33,794 nucleotides of DNA. Source: Heptranchias perlo. Its lineage: Eukaryota. The notes below the pieces were generated by a model, which did no database searches, was not told where the DNA came from, and worked only from the letters and a program-made list of their open reading frames with translations. Location of the stretch: NCBI RefSeq assembly GCF_035084215.1, contig NW_027139247.1, forward strand, positions 496,001-529,794. The letters are read 5' to 3'. This document shows, one piece after another, positions 9,684-20,000 of this stretch (position 1 is its first letter; each line of letters opens with the position of its first letter). The translations under genes were made by a program, and so were the position numbers.

Positions 9684-11899
9684 GATTAACCAGGAGAGAA
9701 GCTGCTGTAACAGTAACTTAATCTCTTGCGCTTTTCAACACCACTCGAGTCTGAAGCTACTTATTGGTGCTTGTGTGCAGCAGGTCTGATAACCAGATCC
9801 AGTTAGAATGGAGGGACTTGTTCTGGTCACTGGGTCCCAGGGAGTGGAGTCTGAGCCTGCATCTTACAGCAGGGGTTCACACTGAGGCCCAGCCCAGAAT
9901 TAACACCGAACCATCGCATCTGGTTACACCCCCTGTATTTCAATGGTCTATTCCAGACTCCCACTTTCACCCCTCCCATTCTCTTCCCAATGCACCGACT
10001 CTCACTGGCAATGGGACCACAAAGAAAAGAGAGACTCACATTCCTATTGTGATTTCACCACCTCAGGACCTCCCAAAGAGTTTTACAGACAGTGAAGTAT
10101 TAGTGAAGTGCAGTCACTGTTTTAATGTAGGAAACACGGCAGCCAATTTGCGCACAGCAAGATGCCACAAACAGCAACGAGTTAATGGCCAGATAATCTC
10201 CCTACTCGCTCTCCCTCCCCGTCCCCTCCTCCTCCTCTAACTCCCACCATCCCTCTCTCCCTGTCCCACCCTCTCACTCCCATCTCCCTCTCCCTCCCCT
10301 CCTCATCTCCCTTCTTGTCCTCTTCCACTCCCCATCTCCTTTCCCTTCCTCTCCCTCTCTTCATCCAATTCCCCCCTCCCTCCTCATATCCCCTCCTTCC
10401 CCCTCTCCCTGCACAATTCCACCCAATCCTCCACCTCTCTTTCTCCTTCTCCATCCCCGTCCCCTCTCCCTCCTCATCCCTTTCCCTCTCATCTCCCTAC
10501 CCCTCACTATCTCCCACTCCCATCTCCTCCCCCCCCTCTCTCCGTCTCCCTCCCCCTCTCCTTCTCCCTCCTCCTCTCCCACATCCTATCCCTCTGCCTG
10601 CCCCACGCTCTCCCCCTTCCCCTTTCCCCCTCCCCCTCAGTTTGAGCATGATGTCCACTGACTGGATTTGGTGACATTGTTCAATGTTCTGTTATCCTCA
10701 TGGATTGCTGTTCTGAGGAGCCTCATGTTAAGCGCGACTCGAAGACGGTGCATTGAAAATTAACATAAAAATCTGTCTGTGAATTTGTTTCGATGCCAAT
10801 TTATTCTAATTCACCCAGATCAACATCACTGTGAGTATTTTTGCCTCGAGCACCAGTTGATTATTGAAGAGTCAGCAGCTCATTCTCCCCACAATCGGAC
10901 ACACAGAGTTCACTTTGGCCTTGACCCGCTCAGAGACTATAATAAACGGGCAGTGTTTGCTCAGAAATAAAAGTCAGTCGTGGGCCTGAGCAACACATCG
11001 GACATCGGACAGTCCAAAGTCCATTGTGTTGCTGTGAGGTGAAGGTGGGAACGGGGGGGCAGGCTTCGAATCTGCTTCGATTTCAGTGTCACCCTGCTGA
11101 AGCAGCACAAGAAGGTTCGGAAAGAATAAAAGATCTTTTTATACATCACCTTTCACAACCTCAGGATGTCCCAAAGCGCTTCACAGAAAGTGAAGTAATG
11201 TGAAAGTGTCATCACTGTTGTAATGTCGGAAACGCCATTCATTATGAGAAGTACTTTCATACTGGGGGCTGAAAGGGTTAAATTATGAGGACAGGTTGCA
11301 CAGACTAGGCTTGTATTCCCTTGAGTGCAGAAGATTAACGGGTGCTGTAATTAAGATCATTGAAGGATTTGATATTGTAGATAGAGAGAAACTATTTCCT
11401 CCGGTGGGAGAATCCAGAACAAGGGGGCGTCACCTTAAAATTAGAGCCAGGCCGTTCAGGGGTGATGTCAGGAAGCGTTTCTTCACACAAAGGGGAGTGG
11501 AAATCTGGAACTCTCTCCCCCAAAAAACTGTTGAGGCTGGGGGTCAATTGAAAATTTCACAACTGAGATTGATCGATTTTTGTTCGGCAAGGTTATTAAG
11601 GGATATGGCACCAAGGATGGAGTTGAGATGCAGATTGGCCATGATCTAATTGAATGGCGGAACAGGATCGAGGGGCTGAATGGCCTCCTCCTGTTCCTAT
11701 GTTCCAATGTGATGTTTTGACTGTGTACAGCAACTTACAATAAAACAGTGTACAGGGAGACACCTCAGAGCACAGAGCAGGAGGAAGGAGACCAAAGAGA
11801 GGATTTAAGGGGAGCCAGAATCACGGACAGAAGGGGATTCAGGAACTGTGTGGAGACAGGAAGGAAGAAGACAGGAATCCTGAGGGAGACTGCTGGAGA
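9684..11899 (+). repeat. Segmental direct duplication, copy 2 (~2.2 kb)
   Basis: Collinear with 6370-8603: promoter-like segment, SINE piece, CT-rich tract, unique segment, SINE piece, CR1 piece, old L2 piece. Confidence 0.97.
9763..9767 (-). promoter_or_regulatory. CCAAT box ~103 nt upstream of the putative leader ATG
   Basis: + strand attgg gives minus-strand gcaCCAATaag. The paralogous position 6449-6453 reads CCAAC. Confidence 0.4.
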
Positions 11900-12203
11900 A
11901 CCAGAGAGGTTTAGGGACGGAATTCCAGAGCTTAACGCCGAGGCAGCTGAAGGCACGGCCGCCAATGGTGGAGCGATTAAAATCGGGGCTGCGCTAGAGG
12001 CCAGAATTGGAGGAGCGCAGAGATCTCGGAGGGTTGTAGGGCTGGAGGAGGTTACAGGGAAAGGGAGGGCGAGGCCATGGAGGGATTTAAAACAAGGATG
12101 AGAATTTTAAAATCGAGGCGTTCCCGGACCGGGGGCCAGTGTAGGTCAGCGAACGCAGGGGGTGATGGGAGAACGGGACTTGGTGCGAGTTAGAATACGG
12201 ATT
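11900..12203 (-). mobile_element. L2-clade LINE fragment (younger subfamily)
   Basis: Reverse complement of 12805-13085, e.g. gcagctgaaggcacggccgccaatgg versus ccattggcggccgtgccttcagctgc, and aattttaaaatcgagg versus cctcgattttaaaatt. Confidence 0.9.
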
Positions 12204-12804
12204 TCAAGCACTGAATCGAAAGCAAATTCTCGACACTCCTTCCCTCACCAACTCCCTTCTCTCCTCCTCCTCCTCTCTTGAATCCATTAACCTCTTGCTG
12301 GATAGGGTTCCACAGACAGGGGTCACTCTCCAGTATATCGCCCCAGTGACCATTAAACACCTGTGAGCCTTGACACTAAGCATCAATAGGCTTTTCAACA
12401 CAGCCTGGCCAGATCCTGGCCCGTCCGATGTCCAGACACGCACAGTTCCAACACTGTTTGATTTAGAGTGGGGATAACAGTCCCCTCCCTAACCCAGGGG
12501 CCCTGAGGCCACATGTCGCGGCCCTACAACCATCACCCCAGTTGGGATCAGTTTAAAGTGGCTTTTAACCACCCAGCACAGAGAGTGTCTAAAACAGTGA
12601 CTGGTGACCCTCTGTGCACAGTCTCTTTGGGTTACAGTCCAGTCTACCTCCAATCCTGAGACACCAGCCGAGTCACCCCACTGGCCACAGGTATTGGAGT
12701 ATCATTCGATTGCTCAAGCCCACTTACTCTTGCTCAGGCGACTACAAAGTATGACCCAGAAACTACCCAATAGCATCCAGAAAATGTGGTGTTCCCTTCC
12801 CTCC

Positions 12805-13276
12805 CTGTCACCCGTTCCCCACCCACCCCGTGCTCGCTGACCTACATTGGCTCCCGATCCGGGAACACCTCGATTTTAAAATTCCTCCATGTGTTCAAAT
12901 CCCTCCCTGGTCCCGCCCTTCCCTATCCCTGTGACCTCCTCCAACCCTACAACGCTCCGAGATCTCTGCACTCCTCCAATTCTGGCCTCTTGCGCATCCC
13001 CAATTTTAATCTCTCCACCATTGGCGGCCGTGCCTTCAGCTGCCTAGGCCCTCAGCTCAGGAATTCCCTCCCTGAACCTCTCCGCCTCTCCACCTCTCTC
13101 TCCTCCTTTAAGATGCTCTTTCAAACCTACCTCTTTGACCAAGCTTTTGGTCACCTGTCCGAACATCTCCTTACGTGGCTCAGTGTCAAGTCTTGTTTGA
13201 TAATCGCTCCTGTGAAGTGCCTTGGGACGTTAAAGGCGATATATAAATGCAGGTTGTTGTTGTTGTTGTTGTTGTT
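12805..13276 (+). mobile_element. L2-clade LINE 3' end with (GTT)n tail
   Basis: VLADLHWLP / LDFKI / FKSL.G.ALPY..DLLQPYN.PRSLHSSNSGLL.IP..STIGGRAFSCLGP.L.NSLP; ends tataaatgcag(gtt)n at ~13252-13276. Confidence 0.92.
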
Positions 13277-13968
13277 ACAGCGACGATGAAAGAACAGCGA
13301 TATATTTCCAAGTCGGGATGGTGTGTGACTTGGAGGGGAACGTGCAGGTGGTGTTGTTCCCATGTGCCTGCTGCTCTTGTCCTTCTAGGTGGTAGAGGTC
13401 GCGGGTTTGGGAGGTGCTGTCGAAAAAGCCTTGGCGAGTTGCTGCAGTGCATCCTGTGGATGGTACACACTGCAACCACAGTGCGCCGGTGGTGAAGGGA
13501 GTGAATGTTTAGGGTGGTGGATGGGGTGCCAATCAAGCGGGCTGCTTTGTCCTGGATGGTGTTGAGCTTCTTAAGTGTTGTTGGAGCTGCACTCATGCAG
13601 GCAAGTGGAGAGTATTCCATCACACTCCTGACTTGTGTCTTGTAGATGGTGGAAAGGCTTTGGAGAGTCAGGAGGTGAGTCACTCGCCGCAGACTACCCA
13701 GCCTCTGACCTGCTCTCATAGCCACAGTATTTATATGGCTGGTCCAGTGAAGTTTCTGGTCAATGGCGATCCCCAGGATGTTGATGGTGGGGGATTCGGC
13801 GATGGTAATGCCGTTGAATGTCAAGGGGAGGTGGTTAGACTCTCTCTTGTTGGAGATGGTCATTGCCTGGCACTTGTCTGGTGCGAATGTTACTTGCCAC
13901 TTATCAGCCCAAGCCTGGATGTTGTCCAGGTCGAGCTGCACGCGGGCACGGACTGCTTCATTATCTGA
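13277..13968 (-). mobile_element. CR1-group LINE fragment of a different family (post-RT region of ORF2)
   Basis: ORF 13186-13941(-): QLDLDNIQAWADKWQVTFAPDKCQAM...ILGIAIDQKLHWTSHI...IYKTQVRSVMEYS...IQDKAARLI...SLHHRR. Exact clade not assignable by eye. Confidence 0.88.
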
Positions 13969-15001
13969 GGGGACTGAGACTACAAAAACATCACCTGGTG
14001 TTTACGATGGTCTCCCACAATATTTCAAGGCCTCCTTATCTCTAGCCTTCCAGGCAGTTCGAATAACACTTTTCCAACGTGGCCAACCTGCCCAGCATGC
14101 CGCCTTGAACAGTCAGTTCAACAGTTCCGATGTTGAATTAATACTTTTAACCAAACTCAGCTCCTTTAGCAGGTAATTAATCCTTAAAACTGGTATTTAA
14201 AAGTCCAAAATCCTTCACTGTAAAGTGCTTTTGGTCACTTCCACCGGGATCTAGTCCTGATACGGACCCTACAGGAGTACTTAGTGTTGGGGGGCACTGG
14301 GGAGCGGAACTGAGGGAGTTCTGATGGATGGTGCCATGTTTACAGTCCCATCTCTTCCAATGATGTCCGCATGGAGTGGGGGTGGAGGGGGGTGGAAAGG
14401 ACACAAGAGGTGACCCCTCACACTCTCGGTGAAATTTCCCAACTTTGGGGGAAAAAAGGGATGGAGACCTGGAGCAGCCGGGTCCAGTTCCAGAATCCAG
14501 CCCCGATTACATTGCCTCTGCCACCACCCCACTCCCCAAAGGAATTTCGGGCCCAGATTTTGTGAGGAAAGCAGGGACTTGAGAGAGGGAGAGGTTGGGG
14601 AGGGTGTCCGCCTGGAGAGAGATGGGGGCAGCGGGGCAGCCAAGGATCGTACAGCATAGGAGAGCAAACAGAAGCGGGAGCAGTCGGGAAAAATCAAATG
14701 AGGAGCAGTGTGAGAGACGGAGAGACCAGTAAAGAATGGGGCCCTGGGGTGGAGGTAGGGAGCAGCAGCAGAACGGAGGCCTGAAGAGGGAGGGAGTGGC
14801 AAGCAGATCATGGGCCTAGGAAGGAGCTTTTAAATTCAAGTGCCAAGCCAGAAGTCTTGCATTACAGTCTCGTGCAGAACCTCAGCGTCCGGGCACCGGG
14901 CTTTTTTTAATGGATGAAAGAGACCATTTTTATTTTCCCAACAGTATTCTCCATCTAATTATGTAGGAAACTAATTCTGAATCAGGGACCATAATTAACA
15001 G

Positions 15002-16480
15002 TAATGAAGAAAATAATGGCACTAAAGAGTGACAAATCCCCAGGACCAGATGGTTTCCATCCCAGGGTTTTGAAGGAAGTCGGTGAGAACATTCCAGAAG
15101 CTCTAACCATAATCTTCCAAAGTTCTCTCGATTCAGGAACCGTTCCTTTAGATTGGAAAATTGCACACGTCACTCCACAATTTAAGAAAGGTGAGAGAGA
15201 GAAACCAGGGAATTATAGACCAGTTAGCCTAACATCTGTTGTTGGGAAATTACTAGAGTCTATAATTAAGGATCGAGTGACTGAACACCTCGAGAATTTT
15301 CAGCTGATCAGAGAGAGCCATCATGGATTTGTAAAGGGTCATGCCTTGAAGAGGTGACTCAAGTAATGGATGGGGGAATGTCTATGGATGTTGTTTATAT
15401 GGACTTCCAGAAGGAAATTGATAAAGTCCCTCATAAGAGAATGTTAGCTGAAGTTGAAGCTCATGGAATTGAGGGCAAATTATTGATCTGGTTAGGAAAT
15501 TGGCTGAGCGGCAGGAGACAGGGAGTAGGGATAATGGGCAGGTACTCAAATAGGCAGGATGTGACTAGTGGTGTCCCACAGGGATCTGTGTCGGGGCCTC
15601 AACTATTCACTGTATTTATGATGACAGAAAGAAAGACAGCATTGTCAGCAGTGCAGATGGAAGCATAAAATTACAGAGATATTAATAGATTATGTGAATG
15701 GGCAAAACTGTGGCAAATGGATTTCAGTGTAGGCAAATGTGAGATCATCCACTTTGGACCTAAAAAGGAGAGATCAAAGTACTTTCTAAATGGTCAAAAG
15801 CTGGAAACAGTGAAGGTCCAAAGAGACTTAAGGGCCCCTGTACATAGATCATTAAAATGTTATGGACAGGTGCAGAAAATAATCAAAAAGGCTAATGGGA
15901 TGCTGGCCTTTATATCTAGAGGACTAGAATACAAGAGGGTAGAAGTTATACAGCTGTACAAAGCCCTGGTTAGACCACACCTGGAGTACTGTTCTGGGCA
16001 CCGCACCTTAGGAAGGGAGTACAGTGTAGATTTACGAGAATGATACCTGGGCTCCAAGGGTTAAATTACGAGGAGTGATTACACAAACTAGAATTGTATT
16101 CTGTGGAATTTAGAAGATTAAGGGGTGATTTGATCGAAGTTTTCAAGATATTAAGGGGAACTGATCGGGTGGATTGAGAGAAACTATTTCCGCTGGTTGG
16201 GGAGTCCAGGACAAGGGGACACAGTCTAAAAATTAGAGCCAGGACTTTCAGGAGTGACGCAAAGGGCGGTAGAAGTTTGGAACTCTCTTCCGCAATCGGC
16301 AGTTAATGCTCGCTCCATTGGTTTTAAATCTGAGTTTGATAGATTTGTGGTAACCAAAGATATAAAGGGATGTGGGGATAAGGCTGGTGTCTGGAGTCAG
16401 CTCACAGATCAGCCAGGATCTCAATGAATGGCAGAACAGGCTTGAGAGGCGAAATGGCCGATTCCTGTTGCTGTGTCCTG
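15002..16480 (+). mobile_element. CR1 LINE fragment (RT to 3' UTR) with internal deletions
   Basis: KSPGPDGFHPRVLKE, NYRPVSLTSVVGKLLE, VYMDFQK..DKVPH, GVPQGSV.GP.LF, LVRPHLEYC. Deletions near 15345 and 15618 (FADD motif lost); 3' UTR at ~16430-16480. Confidence 0.95.
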
Positions 16481-17029
16481 TGTCCCTCGGCGATCAGCGC
16501 CCCTGGACTGGGGGGGAAGCAGGTTGTGGGGGGAGAGGGGGCACATTAGGAAATTACACATTCCAGTCCATGATTTTATGATCGTTAATTGAAATAGATG
16601 GAAAGTCACGGGCTGTTGGGGGACAATTCTCTGACACTCAGAAGGGGAAAGACTCCTTGCTGAGCTGTGAGTTTCAATCACCCACTGATTCCTCTCCAAT
16701 CAGCCCTGTGGGTCGCACATTTACTTTGTGGGAACTTGTTGATTTTCCTGAAACTAAAAGTATTTTACAGTTTTCTTTGTAAAAAGAATCTCTGCGTGGA
16801 ATGGAATTCGAGCTGCTGAAGAACAACCTGGGCCAAGTGACAATTCCTCATGGAAGCCCATCAGTCTCAAATGTAACGGGGAATCGATGGGGAACTGGAC
16901 ACTTCCCGGATAATAATGTCTCTTGATCGGGAACTGGATTCTCTTTTCTCTCTCATCCAATTCCACTTGGATATTCACGGAAGATCGAGGCATGAAAGCG
17001 ATCCAGCTTCACAGCGCATCCCGGCTGAT

Positions 17030-20000
17030 CAATGGTGGGATTCCCCTCTGTCTGTCTGGTGTTTTGGTCAGTCTGGGAGCGGTGATTGATGGTGGGATTC
17101 CCCCCTGTCTGTCTGGTGTTTTGGTCAGTCTGGGAGCGGTGACTGATGGTGAGATTCCCCCCTGTCTGTCTGGTGTTTTGGTCAGTCTGGGAGCGGTGAT
17201 TGATGGTGAGATTCCCCTCTGTCTGTCTGGTGTTTTGGTCAGTCTGGGAGCGGTGACTGACGGTGAGATTCCCCCCTGTCTGTCTGGTGTTTTGGTCAGT
17301 CTGGGAGCGGTGATTGATGGTGAGATTCCCCTCTGTCTGTCTGGTGTTTTGGTCAGTCTGGGAGCGGTGACTGATGGTGAGATTCCCCCCTGTCTGTCTG
17401 GTGTTTTGGTCAGTCTGGGAGCGGTCACTGATGGTGAGATTCCCCCCTGTCTGTCTGGTGTTTTGGTCAGTCTGGGACAGGTGATTGATGGTGAGATTTC
17501 CCCCTGTCTGTCTGGTGTTTTGGTCAGTCTGGGAGCGGTGATCAATGGTGAGATTCCCCCCTGTCTGTCTGGTGTTTTGGTCAGTCTGGGAGCGGTCACT
17601 GATGGTGGGATTCCCCCCTGTCTGTCTGGTGTTTTGGTCAGTCTGGGAGCGGTGACTGACGGTGAGATTCCCCCCTGTCTGTCTGGTGTTTTGGTCAGTC
17701 TGGGAGCGGTGATTGATGGTGAGATTCCCCTCTGTCTGTCTGGTGTTTTGGTCAGTCTGGGAGCGGTGATTGATGGTGAGATTCCCCTCTGTCTGTCTGG
17801 TGTTTTGGTCAGTCTGGGAGCGGTGACTGATGGTGAGATTCCCCCCTGTCTGTCTGGTGTTTTGGTCAGTCTGGGAGCGGTCACTGATGGTGAGATTCCC
17901 CCCTGTCTGTCTGGTGTTTTGGTCAGTCTGGGACAGGTGATTGATGGTGAGATTTCCCCCTGTCTGTCTGGTGTTTTGGTCAGTCTGGGAGCGGTGATCA
18001 ATGGTGAGATTCCCCCCTGTCTGTCTGGTGTTTTGGTCAGTCTGGGAGCGGTCACTGATGGTGGGATTCCCCCCTGTCTGTCTGGTGTTTTGGTCAGTCT
18101 GGGAGCGGTGATTGATGGTGAGATTCCCCTCTGTCTGTCTGGTGTTTTGGTCAGTCTGGGAGCGGTGACTGATGGTGAGATTCCCCCCGTCTGTCTGGTG
18201 TTTTGGTCAGTCTGGGAGCGGTGACTGATGGTGAGATTCCCCCCTGTCTGTCTGGTGTTTTGGTCAGTCTGGGAGCGGTGACTGATGGTGAGATTCCCCC
18301 CTGTCTGTCTGGTGTTTTGGTCAGTCTGGGAGCGGTGATTCATGGTGAGATTCCCCTCTGTCTGTCTGGTGTTTTGGTCAGTCTGGGAGCGGTGATTGAT
18401 GGTGAGATTCCCCCCTGTCTGTCTGGTGTTTTGGTCAGTCTGGGAGCGGTGATTGATGGTGAGATTCCCCCCTGTCTGTCTGGTGTTTTGGTCAGTCTGG
18501 GAGCGGTGATTGATGGTGAGATTCCCCTCTGTCTGTCTGTTGTTTTGGTCAGTCTGGGAGCGGTGATTGATGGTGAGATTCCCCCCTGTCTGTCTGGTGT
18601 TTTGGTCAGTCTGGGAGCGGTGACTGATGGTGAGATTCCCCTCTGTCTGTCTGGTGTTTTGGTCAGTCTGGGAGCGGTGACTGATGGTGAGATTTCCCTC
18701 TGTCTGTCTGGTGTTTTGGTCAGTCTGGGAGCGGTCACTGATGGTGAGATTCCCCCTGTCTGTCTGGTGCTTTGGTCAGTCTGGGAGCGGTGACTGATGG
18801 TGAGATTTCCCTCTGTCTGTCTGGTGTTTTGGTCAGTCTGGGAGCGGTGACAGATGGTGAGATATCCCTCTGTCTGTCTGGTGTTTTGGTCAGTCTGGGA
18901 GCGGTGACAGATGGTGAGATTCCCCTCTGTCTGTCTGGTGTTTTGGTCAGTCTGGGAGCGGTGACTGATGGTGAGATTCCCCCCCTGTCTGTCTGGTGTT
19001 TTGGTCAGTCTGGGAGCGGTGACTGATGGTGAGATTCCCCCCTGTCTGTCTGGTGTTTTGGTCAGTCTGGGAGCGGTGACTGATGGTGAGATTCCCCTCT
19101 GTCTGTCTGGTGTTTTGGTCAGTCTGGGAGCAGTGACTGATGGTGAGATTCTCCAACTGTCTGTCTGGTGTTTTGGTCAGTCTGGGAGCGGTGACTGATG
19201 GTGAGATTCCCCCCCTGTCTGTCTGGTGTTTTGGTCAGTCTGGGAGCGGTGACTGATGGTGAGATTCCCCCCTGTCTGTCTGGTGTTTTGGTCAGTCTGG
19301 GAGCGGTGACTGATGGTGAGATTCCCCCCTGTCTGTCTGGTGTTTTGGTCAGTCTGGGAGCAGTGACTGATGGTGAGATTCCCCCCTGTCTGTCTGGTGT
19401 TTTGGTCAGTCTGGGAGCGGTGACTGATGGTGAGATTCCCCCCTGTCTGTCTGGTGTTTTGGTCAGTCTGGGAGCGGTCACTGATGGTGGGATTCCCCTC
19501 TGTCTGTCTGGTGTTTTGGTCAGTCTGGGAGCGGTGACTGATGGTGAGATTCCCCCCTGTCTGTCTGGTGTTTTGGTCAGTCTGGGAGCGGTGATTAATG
19601 GTGAGATTCCCCCCTGTCTGTCTGGTGTTTTGGTCAGTCCGGGAGCAGTGACTGATGGTGAGATTCCCCCCTGTCTGTCTGGTGTTTTGGTCAGTCTGGG
19701 ATCGGTAATTGATGGTGAGATTCCCCCCTGTCTGTCTGGTGTTTTGGTCAGTCTGGGAGCGGTGACTGATGGTGAGATTCCCCCCTGTCTGTCTGGTGTT
19801 TAGGTCAGTCTGGGAGCGGTGATTGATGGTGAGATTCCCCCCTGTCTGTCTGGTGTTTTGGTCAGTCTGGGAGCGGTGACTGATGGTGAGATTCCCCCCT
19901 GTCTGTCTGGTGTTTTGGTCAGTCTGGGAGCGGTGACTGATGGTGAGATTCCCCCCTGTCTGTCTGGTGTTTTGGTCAGTCTGGGAGCGGTGACTGATGG

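Noticed and set aside
14054-14172. + strand AG...CAG|GTAATT bounded 119-nt candidate exon
   Set aside because: Only one open frame, with no recognisable protein similarity; cannot be supported without transcript data.
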